Assembly (NCBI GenBank): GCA_963796105.1
Contig: CAWCKJ010000003.1
Location: 376,353-440,352 of the forward strand
Source: a candidate division FCPU426 bacterium
GTDB taxonomy: Bacteria; Oederibacteriota; Muellerivitia; Muellerivitales; Muellerivitaceae
Length of the DNA stretch: 64,000 bases
Direction of reading: 5' to 3'
The notes under the pieces were generated by a model. That model was not told where the DNA came from. It did no database searches and saw nothing but the letters and a program-made list of their open reading frames with translations. Shown one piece after another: positions 22,247 to 31,788 of this stretch (position 1 is the first letter of the stretch; each line of letters starts with the position of its first letter). The position numbers and the translations under genes were made by a program.

Positions 22247-23197
22247 TCACTTTGTGCATTCCTTATAAAAGTCGTAGCAGTTGTCCTTGTTCACCTTGTC
22301 ATCGCGCCATTTCATGGCGTCCCGCGGGTGCTGGTTGAGAAGGCCTGAAATGCCGTAAATGTCGTTGAAGCCCCACTCCATCTTTTCCCGGAGCGGGACG
22401 AACTGCTCCTGGATGACCTTGTAGATGGGCCGGACGTCGAATTTCGGGTTTTGCAGGAACCCCAGCAGGAGCTCCAGGGGGCAGTTGCCCGCTCCCCGGC
22501 CCATGCCGTTGATGGTGGCGTCCAGCATGTTCACGCCCTCGATGATGCACTGCTGGGTGTTGGCGTAGGCCAGCTGGATGTTGTTGTGGCCGTGGAAACC
22601 CAGCTTCTCGATGGGGACGTACTTCTTGTAGAGGGTCAGGTAATGGGTGATCTGCTCGGAGTAAAAGGCCCCGTAGGTGTCCACCAGGTACAGGCAGTCC
22701 ACCTCCGGCGACTTGGAAACGTCCTCCAGCGCCTCGTTGAGCTCCGTCTCGATGGCGGCCGATACCGCCATGATATTGAGGGATGTCGAGTATCCCTTGT
22801 CCTTGGAGCGCTTGACCGCGTCCAGGGCCTTGTCGATCTGGGGCACGTAGCAGGCCGTGCGGATCATGTCCACGGGGCTGTCCTTCTTGTTCTTGAGCCC
22901 GTTGAGATCGATGCGTCCGATGTCAAACATGACAGCGAGCTTGGGACGGTTGCTCCCCTTGTAGTTCCCTACCACCCGCTTCAGGAGCTCCTCGTCGCAA
23001 AAATTCCAAGGGCCGAACTTGGAGCGCGGGTACTCGTCGCTTTCCACGAGCTTCTTGCCCAGCTCGATGATGTCCACCCCCGCCTCGCAGACGGCGGCGT
23101 AAACCGCCTTTACGAAATCCTCGGCGAACTGGTAATTGTTGATCAATCCCCCGTCGCGGATGGTGCAATCCAAGACCTTGAGCTCTTTTCGAAACAT
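22247..23197 (-). CDS. DRE-TIM metallolyase / HMGL-like aldolase catalytic-domain protein (4-hydroxy-2-oxovalerate aldolase-like, lacking the DmpG C-terminal domain)
   Basis: 316 aa. LDCTIRDGG (DxTLRDG metal-binding motif) and GFHGHNNIQLAYANT...GMGRGAGNCPLE match DmpG/BphI-type aldolase catalytic-domain blocks. Confidence 0.6.
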   Translation of the reverse strand: MFRKELKVLDCTIRDGGLINNYQFAEDFVKAVYAAVCEAGVDIIELGKKLVESDEYPRSKFGPWNFCDEELLKRVVGNYKGSNRPKLAVMFDIGRIDLNGLKNKKDSPVDMIRTACYVPQIDKALDAVKRSKDKGYSTSLNIMAVSAAIETELNEALEDVSKSPEVDCLYLVDTYGAFYSEQITHYLTLYKKYVPIEKLGFHGHNNIQLAYANTQQCIIEGVNMLDATINGMGRGAGNCPLELLLGFLQNPKFDVRPIYKVIQEQFVPLREKMEWGFNDIYGISGLLNQHPRDAMKWRDDKVNKDNCYDFYKECTK

Positions 23198-23238
23198 GGG
23201 ATGTCCTTTTAAAGAATTGGTATGTGTACGATAAACAA

Positions 23239-23263
23239 GGGCCGGGACTCACCCTCCTGGCCC
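23239..23263 (-). terminator. Rho-independent terminator candidate downstream of the hemerythrin gene (GGGCCAGG..CCCGGCCC stem followed by U-rich tract on minus RNA)
   Basis: The plus strand reads gggccgggactcaccctcctggccc. The reverse complement forms a GC stem followed by UUGUUUAU. Confidence 0.4.
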
Positions 23264-23357
23264 TTCCAAACACCGACACATCCTAAACCGACTGGCTTTG
23301 GGCGTAAATCTGAATGTTTGTTGTTGCTTGCTTTAGGGAAAGGCTTTTTCAGCGATT

Positions 23358-23765
23358 TCAGCGGATCCCATGCTTGTTGAGAAAGGGACCGTATTCCCTG
23401 TCGATAACCTTGATGTGCTGGGTCAGCCATTCCTTGAGGTAATTCATCACCTTTTGGGAGATCAGGTATTCCCCGGCGTCATACTCGGAACGCAGTTTTT
23501 GAACCTGTCGGATGAACACCTTATGCTCGAGCCGGTGCAGGGCCAGGTCTGGATAGCTGAATTTTTCCAGCAGGCCTTCCTCGTAGGAAAAATGCTTCTG
23601 AATGTAAAGCGACAAACCTTTGAATGTGGCTTCCATCTCGTTCCAGCCATGGCCCTCGGTCATGGCCTGGTGCAGGCCATTGACCAGATCGATCAGGTTT
23701 TGGTGCTGGTCGTCGATTTCCGCGACACCCACCGAAAATTCACTGGTCCATGCGATAAAAGCCAT
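23358..23765 (-). CDS. Bacteriohemerythrin (hemerythrin-like metal-binding domain protein)
   Basis: 135 aa. WTSEFSVGVAEIDDQHQNLIDLVN and the His/Glu ligand spacing (H..E...H....H....D) are typical of hemerythrin. Confidence 0.8.
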   Translation of the reverse strand: MAFIAWTSEFSVGVAEIDDQHQNLIDLVNGLHQAMTEGHGWNEMEATFKGLSLYIQKHFSYEEGLLEKFSYPDLALHRLEHKVFIRQVQKLRSEYDAGEYLISQKVMNYLKEWLTQHIKVIDREYGPFLNKHGIR

Positions 23766-23952
23766 GTGTTCCGATCCTCAAGAAGTTCACACAAGGGCGC
23801 CAGGGATGGCCCCGCGGTCAGTAGATTATAGAATGAAATCCGGAAACCGGAGTTGGAAATGAGGGGCCCAACAACATCGGCCCTGGGAATCACTTCTGGG
23901 CGGGTTTAGAACCTAGAATCAAAAGGCGGGAATCAGAAATAAACTTCGGGAA

Positions 23953-24327
23953 TTACCTGATTTTAGCGGACCATCGAATCAGGTAGTTTTTCAATAAGTC
24001 CGCGTCCTCTTCCTTAATGGCCTCGAAATGCAGGCCTTCTCCATTCTCCATTGCCCAGACCACTTCTCCGAACGCCGAAAGGATATTGGAAGTTTCAGGA
24101 AGGTTGATCTCAAGGCGGACGATACTGCCCACACTCATACCCGAATTTCCAGCCAGGCAAAGACCACCCAGGCTTACATTGACGGTATGGCTGACTCTCT
24201 CTCCGCTTTTGCGGTCAAATATCGTCTTCATTTCCCTTTGCTCGTCCAGAACCCTGTGTTTGACAGGAATGTTGAGCGGAACCCTGGGATGGATTCTTTT
24301 CTCTGTGAACCTATTCGCGTCGGTCAT
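23953..24327 (-). CDS. PilZ domain protein (c-di-GMP receptor family)
   Basis: 124 aa. RxxxR motif (EKRIHPRVPL) and D/NxSxGG motif (NVSLGGLCL). Confidence 0.65.
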   Translation of the reverse strand: MTDANRFTEKRIHPRVPLNIPVKHRVLDEQREMKTIFDRKSGERVSHTVNVSLGGLCLAGNSGMSVGSIVRLEINLPETSNILSAFGEVVWAMENGEGLHFEAIKEEDADLLKNYLIRWSAKIR

Positions 24328-24820
24328 ATAGGGCTTCCTTGAATTCGAAATATATTTGTGCCGGCTGAATCAGACGGCACAATTTATAAAATCAACTCCA
24401 TTAACATTCTGAGGATAATGTGGCAAGAGAAAAAAATCCTCATCAAACGTGTGATAAAAGTGTTAAACGGTTTATCTCATTTGCGGGTCGTAAACTTAAA
24501 ATGAGGACAAAAAAGAGTTTTCCCATATTCATTTTCGTTGGAAAGTCGGCCGAACCTGACTTAAAACCCTATCAACCTTTCAAATTATTCCAAAATGACG
24601 CTTGTAGGGTCTAACTTTGCGTGATTTAGGGACGTAATTGAGCGTTGTTGACCTAAATAGGGGTTTAACCCTTTTCTTAAAAACCCCGGAAATCAAAGCC
24701 TAAAAATTCAGTCAGAACCCCGCGAAGACTTTAATTCCGTTAGTTCTCGAGACTTCCTGAGTGGATTGGATTTAGATAAATGGTATTTCAAATGTTGGAA
24801 AAGAATGACCCGGAGATAAG

Positions 24821-24896
<76 letters not shown>

Positions 24897-25028
24897 ACAA
24901 AAAGGGACGCTTAAGAGAGCGAATTATTCTGGAATAACTCAGAATGGTTTTGAAGATTATCAAGACATAAAGGACTTGTCAACCCAAGACACCGGCCTGC
25001 ATTGCCGTGAATAGGCCGATTTGTTATT

Positions 25029-26060
25029 TCAAAAAATGCGGAACTGGTTGAATCTCATGTTAAGAGCGAAGTAAAAAGTATCCTGGCTGGTGGTTTGAAA
25101 ATCAGCGGGGTCATAAGCGATATCGACTGAGAAATCGTTGTCATCAATGGCACGGGTTAAACTGCATCCTAGCGTGTAATTTTCAAAAACATTGCCCGTA
25201 AACTGCGAAAAGGATTGAAACTGGTACCCCCCGCGGACGCAGAACAGTTTCGGGAAGACCCAAACCTCGCCGCCTATGCCCATTTTCATGCCTTGATCCG
25301 AAGGTTTGAAAACCTCTAAACCCAGGTTCATGTCTTTTTGGTTCCCTAGATCCTGATGGATGCCAACCCCCAAGCGGATGAACATGGGAAGGGGATCCGC
25401 GCTCCCGGTCAAAGCCTGGTCGAATTTCATGCTGGTCCCTATGTTCAAGATCGAAAGGCCAGCCTTGATCCCGTAGGGTAATTTTTCCAATGTCGCGCCG
25501 ACGTTAAAACCTAGTGCCTCGGAGGAATAGGACGCTAAATCGCTTTGGATGTATTCCAACGTGCCCCCCAAACGGATCGCGGGTGAGACTTTCGTGGCGA
25601 ATGTCCCCGAAACCAATATGTCGTCCGCGTTAACCGGCGGAGCGCCGTTCTGGTTGTCCACTGGAGGCATATGGCGGTACTCGAAATTGAGCGCAGCCGC
25701 GGTCTCAAAACCAATCGCCGAGGCGAAGGTCAAGTATTCATACTGGATCTGAGCCAAACTATCTAAATGGTAGATGAGTAATTGGGAGGCTTTCAAGTTT
25801 GACAAACCAGCGGGATTATAATCAATGGAATAGGCGTCATCCCCCATTGCGGTATAAACACCGGCCATCCCGGCAGGACGCACTCCCTGAGTGATTTTTA
25901 AAAGGTCAGCCGTCGTGGTACCGACAGTTTGGGAAAAGGTCCGGCAGAACCCCGCCGCCACAAAAAATACAAATAACCATCCGATAATTGATTTTGATCT
26001 GAACATATTTTCTAGTTTCATCATTCCTTCCCTCCTAAAAACCTTATATAAAAAAATCAA
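25029..26060 (-). CDS. PorV-like (T9SS shuttle family, FadL-fold) outer-membrane beta-barrel protein, paralogue 1
   Basis: 343 aa with a signal peptide. N-terminal motif LLKITQGVRPAGMAGVYTAMGDDAYSIDYNPAGLS matches the PorV hallmark (FLxISPxARSxGMGxAGxAxxxDAxSxxWNPAxL). Alternating beta-strand pattern and C-terminal aromatic residue. Confidence 0.5.
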   Translation of the reverse strand: MIFLYKVFRREGMMKLENMFRSKSIIGWLFVFFVAAGFCRTFSQTVGTTTADLLKITQGVRPAGMAGVYTAMGDDAYSIDYNPAGLSNLKASQLLIYHLDSLAQIQYEYLTFASAIGFETAAALNFEYRHMPPVDNQNGAPPVNADDILVSGTFATKVSPAIRLGGTLEYIQSDLASYSSEALGFNVGATLEKLPYGIKAGLSILNIGTSMKFDQALTGSADPLPMFIRLGVGIHQDLGNQKDMNLGLEVFKPSDQGMKMGIGGEVWVFPKLFCVRGGYQFQSFSQFTGNVFENYTLGCSLTRAIDDNDFSVDIAYDPADFQTTSQDTFYFALNMRFNQFRIF

Positions 26061-27028
26061 AATTTGGTGCTGATGGAAATTCGATGCGTGTCCCCGAAGA
26101 CATCCTCGGGAGCGTAAGCATAATCCAGGAAAGCCACTGTGCCGTTGAAATCAAGTCCATAACCGGCCCCTAGCGTGGGGCCCACCCCGCTGAGGGAAGT
26201 GTCCAAAAACTGGTAGCCGCCCCGCAAAGTGGCCCTGTTGCCAATCCATTTCAAATTATACTCTACACCAACCCGCATCCCAACCTTGTCTTCAATGGGT
26301 TGGATGGGGAAAATAGCGTCCACGCTGATGGCGCCGTCATCCTGGTCGGAAAAAAGCTCATAACGCCTGTAAGAAATCCCCGTATTGAGGCTGAAAGGTA
26401 AATCAAAGCTGGATTCCTGCGCTCCAAGGTTTTTAAGCGCTATTCCGACTCTCATTCCGTCAAATGGCGGCAGGACAATCAATCCCGCGTCTAAGCTGAA
26501 AAGGGACGAGGAAAGGGTATCAATCTGTTGTTGCATTAATTTCCCAGTCAAGCCGAAGTGCACCGCTTGGCTGATTTCATGGGCGTATGAAAGGGTGAAT
26601 ATACTGTCGCCGCTGGAAAAAGTCCCGACTGTCTGGCCCTGGTCGTTCGTCCTGGGCATATTTCCCGGCTGGAGAAGGTTCACGCTGATGGCCGCGACCC
26701 CTCCGATGGAGGGGGAGAAAGACCCCACGGGGGTGGCAAAAGCGACGAACTCATAACTCATCTGCTGATAAAGCGAAAGATATGTCAAATTTAATTCATT
26801 AGTGAGAACGCTGGCCAACCCCGCGGGATTGTAATATACAGCCCCGACGTCATCCCCCATGGCCGTATAGGCCTCGCCGCTTCCCATCGCCCTGGATACG
26901 GGAGAAATTTTCAAGAAATCAAAAGCACTACGCCCAGCGTTCGCTGTTTGAGCCTGAGAACTGCCAGAAAGACCGAGGGCAAAGAATAGAAAAGAGAAAC
27001 ATATGCGCTTCAAAAAAACGCGATTCAT
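26057..27028 (-). CDS. PorV-like outer-membrane beta-barrel protein, paralogue 2
   Basis: 323 aa with a signal peptide. FDFLKISPVSRAMGSGEAYTAMGDDVGAVYYNPAGLAS is a very close match to the PorV N-terminal signature. C-terminal ...ISISTKF. 4-bp overlap with paralogue 1. Confidence 0.55.
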   Translation of the reverse strand: MNRVFLKRICFSFLFFALGLSGSSQAQTANAGRSAFDFLKISPVSRAMGSGEAYTAMGDDVGAVYYNPAGLASVLTNELNLTYLSLYQQMSYEFVAFATPVGSFSPSIGGVAAISVNLLQPGNMPRTNDQGQTVGTFSSGDSIFTLSYAHEISQAVHFGLTGKLMQQQIDTLSSSLFSLDAGLIVLPPFDGMRVGIALKNLGAQESSFDLPFSLNTGISYRRYELFSDQDDGAISVDAIFPIQPIEDKVGMRVGVEYNLKWIGNRATLRGGYQFLDTSLSGVGPTLGAGYGLDFNGTVAFLDYAYAPEDVFGDTHRISISTKF

Positions 27029-28591
27029 TTAGGCTCCGTTCCGCGAGCGGGAGATTGCGATCTTGCCAAACTGTTTAGATCCATTTGGTCCCTCAATCAG
27101 ATACAGGTAAAAACCCGAGGAAACTGGATTACTGTCGCCATTCGTCCCATCCCAGATAAAAGTTCCTAGGTTTAAATTGGAAGAAATCAAGAATACACTG
27201 GGATCAGTTGAGTTCAATACTTTCACTAATTCGAGCTTGATGGTGTAAATTTTCAAGGTTGATCCGACCGGCACGCAGGCGAATTTGATACAACCATGCG
27301 AACCGCATGAACCAAGAGTGCCAGAGGGCAAGTGGTTATTCGGTGGACTTGCCTGGAAATCCATTGGATTGGGATAGATGTAGATGGGACAAGGAGTCTG
27401 GGTCGGCGGAGGCGTCATGGTAAATGTACCCGTGGGGGTGATGGTAAAAGTGTTGGTCGGAGTATCGGTGATGGTCGGTGTATAGGTGAAGGTGTATGTG
27501 TATGTGTTTGTAAAAGTGTTAGTGTATGTATAAGTGGGGGTGTAAGTATATGTGTATGTGAATGTGTTGGTAAAGGTCGGGGTGCTAGTCCAAGTATAAG
27601 TATAGGTATAGGTGTTGGTAACAGTCGGAGTGCCGGTGAAGGTACTTGTGAACGGCGGAGTCCAGGTGCCCGTCGGGGTTTGCGTAAGCGTGGGAGTTTG
27701 AGTTGGGCTCAAGGTGGCCGTTGGAGAGTCTGTTTGGGTCGGAGTCTGGGTGAACGTATTGGTTGGAGGCGGGGTCGGGGTGTTCGTTGGAGATAACGTG
27801 GGTGTGAATGTATCTGTATTTGTCGGCGTAGGGGTAATGGTGGGAGTATTCGTTTTAGTGGGTGTTTCAGTGACGGTATAGGTAAAAGTCGGGGTGGGGG
27901 GCACGATGCAGGGCAATGTGCCGGACCACCTCAGGTTGTCCATATAAACCAAGTTGGAATCCATTTCATCAGCAAATCCTGAAGGAATGATGACCTGGAC
28001 CAAACTAACCGGATGTGTCAAACCTGACACATCAACAAAAATCGTCGACCAAGTATTGGCAATTGTGGAACCAGCTAAAATACCGGAAACGGCGCAATTA
28101 TAAACAAGGTCATTATCCGTAACGGCGGTAACCGCACCGCTTGTATCAATTACTGTAATATCCATTTTTCTTCCTATATTGGCAGTATATACATCCAATT
28201 CGATAAAACTTTGGGTCGATTGAACTGTTGCGGCAGTTCCCGGATGAGGATCGGTATAAGTCAATGTAACACCACAATCTTCACAATCCTGGCTTGCATT
28301 GGTATACCCCGTTGTTAAGGGTGAGGTTTCGCCCAGATTCAAATTATCCGGATTTGTGGTGTTATTAGTGAGTACCCCCAATGAGAAAACCGTTCCGGTT
28401 CCCGAGGGGTCGGAATTAGTAACCATCCAACTTGTTATAGCATTGTCGAAATGCTGGTTCGGGTCGTTTGATAGCGGATAACAGGTTATCCCAAAAGCAG
28501 AAGAATATCCGGAAAGGAAAGTCAAAATAAAAAGAATTGAATAACCCAACCCCAGGGATTTAACAGAAAACAAATCTCGTTTTAAAAACAT
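27029..28591 (-). CDS. Secreted protein with long Thr-Pro / Thr-Tyr low-complexity linker and T9SS-type (FlgD-Ig-like) C-terminal sorting domain
   Basis: 520 aa. Signal peptide. ~230-aa N-terminal globular region. ~170 aa of TPTxT/TYTYTYT repeats, visible in the DNA as a GT-rich microsatellite-like tract at 27480-27640. C-terminal IYPNPMDFQAS...GTFIWDGTNGDSNPVSSGFYLYLIEG...KIAISR matches the Por_Secre_tail / FlgD_ig pattern. Confidence 0.55.
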   Translation of the reverse strand: MFLKRDLFSVKSLGLGYSILFILTFLSGYSSAFGITCYPLSNDPNQHFDNAITSWMVTNSDPSGTGTVFSLGVLTNNTTNPDNLNLGETSPLTTGYTNASQDCEDCGVTLTYTDPHPGTAATVQSTQSFIELDVYTANIGRKMDITVIDTSGAVTAVTDNDLVYNCAVSGILAGSTIANTWSTIFVDVSGLTHPVSLVQVIIPSGFADEMDSNLVYMDNLRWSGTLPCIVPPTPTFTYTVTETPTKTNTPTITPTPTNTDTFTPTLSPTNTPTPPPTNTFTQTPTQTDSPTATLSPTQTPTLTQTPTGTWTPPFTSTFTGTPTVTNTYTYTYTWTSTPTFTNTFTYTYTYTPTYTYTNTFTNTYTYTFTYTPTITDTPTNTFTITPTGTFTMTPPPTQTPCPIYIYPNPMDFQASPPNNHLPSGTLGSCGSHGCIKFACVPVGSTLKIYTIKLELVKVLNSTDPSVFLISSNLNLGTFIWDGTNGDSNPVSSGFYLYLIEGPNGSKQFGKIAISRSRNGA

Positions 28592-28600
28592 TCACTTCTC

Positions 28601-31600
28601 CTAAAGCACTATATCCAGCAAATTGAATGCCCCCACCGCGACCAAATCCGACCTTTCGGGTGTCGGTAACCGGTTCAAAGCCGGAATATTGGGTGTTGAA
28701 ACCGTAAGATTCCCCAGAACCTGTTGGTTTTCCGGCGCCAATCGATTCGGAACACCATTGGAAGGAGTTCCTAAAACCGCCTGGCTCTCCGAAGTAGCCC
28801 TATTATCCCTATTTGGAAGGGTTCGCGCAACTGATTCAAAGGCTGAAATTTGTGGGGTTGAAAATATGGGATTCAGCAACGGTGGAGGTTGCTGACTTGT
28901 GACGGTTTGGACTGGAGGGGCAGATGTGGCAAAAAAACCCTGACTTGAGGGTGAAAAGGTGTTCAAAGAGGCGATTTGAAGGGCACTTAGGGTTTCCTGC
29001 AACCTTTGACTCAAAGCTTTTCTACCGACTTCCCTGATCCGATCCTGAATAAGTTGGTCCTGGGTTTCCTGGCTTAAAGCATCCGGTCCGGGACCCACGT
29101 TCGGGATAATCACGAATGGTTTGGCTCCTGTCAATTGGTCCTGCGTATTCTCAGTGGTCGAACCCTGAAGAGGGGCGGAAATATTGATATTAAGGTTTGT
29201 CGTCAAGGGAACAGCCGGCAATGGGGAGGGCGCCACTAACCTGGAATGAACCGGAACTTTGTTCTCAGCGATGACCACTTCACTATTAGTCACATTGGAA
29301 AAGGTGGGTCCCTGGTTTGGTTGAAAGGGATTTAACAGCCCTGGATACGCTGCTTGTCCGGGATTGGGAATATTGGGCATCTGAGCGGGCTCCAAATTGA
29401 CATTGTTTTGAGGCGCAACGGGAGTCTGGATACCTTTTGCTCCCACTTGAGGACTCCTTCGCCTGGAATCAAGACCTATCGTTACGGGTGGATTTTGATT
29501 TGAAAATTGGTTATTTAGGGTCGGTGTTTTTCCTGGGCCAATTTCCTTATTCCCCATGGTTTCGGGATTGGGATTAGAAATGGGCTGAACAGCCTCAGGA
29601 GTTAAAGTTCGAGGATTTAGAGACTCTGTTTCCGGAAGGTTGACGGCTATTAAATTTTGATTCGAAGGCCCGCCAGCCATTACCCGAAAATTCGGCTCCC
29701 GTGTCCCTGTCAGCGCGAATTGCTTAGGTTGGTTCTGTGTACCAGCCTGAGTAGTAGGTCTCACCGCAACCGGCTGGTTTTGAGTCCTTTCAGGATTGGT
29801 TTGGGGCATTTGAACCTTGGTTTCCTTCTGTTCCTCATTGGCGGTTGTTCTCAAATTTTGATTGGCAATGGGTTGAACCGCTTCCGGAGGAGCCGGTCTT
29901 GAAGGCTGATTCGAGTTTACAGGCGCTTGATTAATGATCGGATTAGTTTGAACCGGCCCGCCCGCCACAACCCTGAAATTAGGCTCCCGAGTCGCAGTCC
30001 GAGCTGATTGCGTAGGTTGGTTCTGTGTACTTGTTTGGGAAGTAGGTCTCACCGCAACGGCCTGGTTTTGAGCCCTTCCAGGATTGGTTTGGGGCATTTG
30101 AACCTTGATTTTCGGTTGCTCCTCGTTGGGGGTCGTTCTCAAGTTTTGATTGGCAATGGGTTGGACCCCTTCCGGAGGAGCCGGTCTTGAAGGCTGATTC
30201 GAGTTTACAGACGCTTGATTAACGGCCGGATTAGTTTGAACCGGCCCACCCGCCACAACCCTGAAATTAGGCTCCTGAGTCTCAGTCCGAGCTGATTGCG
30301 CTGGTTGGTTCTGTATACCAGCCTGGGTATTAGGTCTCACCGCAACCGGCTGGTTTTTAACCCTTCCAGGATTGGCTTGGGGCGTTTGAACCCTGGTTTC
30401 CGGTTGCTCCCAGTTGGAGGTTGTTCTCAGGTTTTGATTGGCAATGGGTTGAACCGCTTCTGGAGGCGCCGGTCTCGAAGGCGGATTCTCGTTTACCGGC
30501 GTTTGATAAACGGCCGGATTAGTTTGAACCGGCCCGCCCGCCACAACCCTGAAATTAGGCTCCCGAGTCGCAGTCCGCGCGGATTGCGCTGGTTGGTTCT
30601 GTGGACCTGTTTGGGTATTAGGTCTCACCGCAACCGGTTGATTTTGAACCCCTCCAGAATTTGCATGGGGCGTTTGAACCCTAGTTTCCGGCCGCTCCTT
30701 GTTAGTAGTTGTTCTCAAGTTTTGATTGGCAATGGGTTGAACCGCTTCCGGAGGCGCCGGTCTTGAAAGCGGATTCTCGTTTACCGGAGCTTGATTAACG
30801 GCCGGATTAGATTGAACCGGCCCACCCGCCACAACCCTGAAATTAGGCTCCCGAGTCACAGTCCACGCGGGTTGCGTTGGCTGCTTCTGAGTTCCAGCCT
30901 GGATATCAGGCACCACCGCAACCGGCTGGTTTTGAATCCTTCCAGGATTGGTTTGGGGCGTTTGAGCCCTGGTTTCCGGACGCTCATTGTTGACGGTTGT
31001 TCTCGAGTTTTGATCGACAATCGGTTGGATTGTTTCAGGATTCCCTGGTTTTAGAGCCGCCCCGGAGGACTCAATCCTAGAATTGGAATTGGTCGCGGCA
31101 GGGATTACGGTTCCCCGAGCAACGGCTTGCGCGCTTTCAAATTGAAGGTTATTACTTCCGGTACCAGGTTGGATGAGATTTATTTCAACCCCGCCTTTTC
31201 CCGCCATATTGGGAAAGGCCTGGCCCCGATTAACGGGACCCTCCAAGCGTGAATGACCTGTTGTTTCCGCTGATACGGTTTTGGCATTAGCCCCGGGAAT
31301 TTTGGAATTTTCACCCACAACTCTTGAATTTCGAGCGTCATTGAAACGGTTATTGGGAAGATTTGTTTCAGCTGGATTCCCGCTGGGATGAATAATATTT
31401 TGATTACCGGCCGTCTGACCAGTCACCCCGCCCTCCATTACAGGGAAATCCTGTTTTGAAAATCGATCCGCCGGCGGAGGAAGAAGAAGATTTTTTAATT
31501 GATTCAATCCGCTTTGAAGGGTTTGAACCCCCTGGATGGCGTCTTGGATGACCATCGGGAGGGGTCCGAATTTCTGGGTTAAAAAATTAACGGCTTTTAC

Positions 31601-31756
31601 TGAAAGTTTTTCATCCCGTGACGCCTCCGGCTTGGGGTCCTGATTGATTTTCCTCAAGGCGGGGTCTGTCCCCAGAACAAGGGGTTGAACCGTTAGATCG
31701 TCCTTTCTCCTGACGGAACCGATGGAGTTATTTCCAATGAATGAGTATCCAGCCAT
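28601..31756 (-). CDS. Large Pro/Gln/Asn-rich tandem-repeat protein of unknown function located immediately downstream of flbD
   Basis: 1051 aa with no clear signal peptide. About five tandem 96-aa units (REPNFRVVAGGPVQTNPAVNQAPVNENP.SRPAPPEAVQPIANQNLRTT.N.E.PETRVQTPQ.NPGR.QNQPVAVRPNTQ.G.QNQP.QSARTAT). Unique ~235-aa N-terminal and ~300-aa C-terminal regions. Confidence 0.5.
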   Translation of the reverse strand: MAGYSFIGNNSIGSVRRKDDLTVQPLVLGTDPALRKINQDPKPEASRDEKLSVKAVNFLTQKFGPLPMVIQDAIQGVQTLQSGLNQLKNLLLPPPADRFSKQDFPVMEGGVTGQTAGNQNIIHPSGNPAETNLPNNRFNDARNSRVVGENSKIPGANAKTVSAETTGHSRLEGPVNRGQAFPNMAGKGGVEINLIQPGTGSNNLQFESAQAVARGTVIPAATNSNSRIESSGAALKPGNPETIQPIVDQNSRTTVNNERPETRAQTPQTNPGRIQNQPVAVVPDIQAGTQKQPTQPAWTVTREPNFRVVAGGPVQSNPAVNQAPVNENPLSRPAPPEAVQPIANQNLRTTTNKERPETRVQTPHANSGGVQNQPVAVRPNTQTGPQNQPAQSARTATREPNFRVVAGGPVQTNPAVYQTPVNENPPSRPAPPEAVQPIANQNLRTTSNWEQPETRVQTPQANPGRVKNQPVAVRPNTQAGIQNQPAQSARTETQEPNFRVVAGGPVQTNPAVNQASVNSNQPSRPAPPEGVQPIANQNLRTTPNEEQPKIKVQMPQTNPGRAQNQAVAVRPTSQTSTQNQPTQSARTATREPNFRVVAGGPVQTNPIINQAPVNSNQPSRPAPPEAVQPIANQNLRTTANEEQKETKVQMPQTNPERTQNQPVAVRPTTQAGTQNQPKQFALTGTREPNFRVMAGGPSNQNLIAVNLPETESLNPRTLTPEAVQPISNPNPETMGNKEIGPGKTPTLNNQFSNQNPPVTIGLDSRRRSPQVGAKGIQTPVAPQNNVNLEPAQMPNIPNPGQAAYPGLLNPFQPNQGPTFSNVTNSEVVIAENKVPVHSRLVAPSPLPAVPLTTNLNINISAPLQGSTTENTQDQLTGAKPFVIIPNVGPGPDALSQETQDQLIQDRIREVGRKALSQRLQETLSALQIASLNTFSPSSQGFFATSAPPVQTVTSQQPPPLLNPIFSTPQISAFESVARTLPNRDNRATSESQAVLGTPSNGVPNRLAPENQQVLGNLTVSTPNIPALNRLPTPERSDLVAVGAFNLLDIVL
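29600..31050. repeat. Tandem direct repeat, unit 288 bp, ~4.5-5 copies (coding repeats inside 28601..31756)
   Basis: The string ccacaaccctgaaattaggctcccgag recurs at 29966, 30254, 30542 and 30830, with a degenerate copy near 29690. Antisense ORFs at 29657, 30008, 30296 and 30791 on the plus strand are shadows of the same periodicity. Confidence 0.8.
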
Positions 31757-31788
31757 TTTTCCATCCTTCTAGTCAAACCAGACCTTGC

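Noticed and set aside
27029-28591. C-terminal FlgD-Ig-like domain could suggest this is the hook-capping protein FlgD
   Set aside because: A canonical FlgD with the N-terminal FlgD signature block is present at 34748..35188. This protein has a signal peptide and TP/TY linkers, and its C-terminal domain fits a T9SS-type sorting domain better.
29600-31050. Regularly spaced direct repeats that could suggest a CRISPR array
   Set aside because: Units are 288 bp, contiguous with no unique spacers, and in frame within a protein-coding gene. There are no cas genes. This is not CRISPR.
29657-31054. Series of similar small plus-strand ORFs (81, 60, 156 and 87 aa) with near-identical sequences
   Set aside because: They are the antisense reading of the 288-bp tandem coding repeats of the 1051-aa minus-strand gene, not independent genes.
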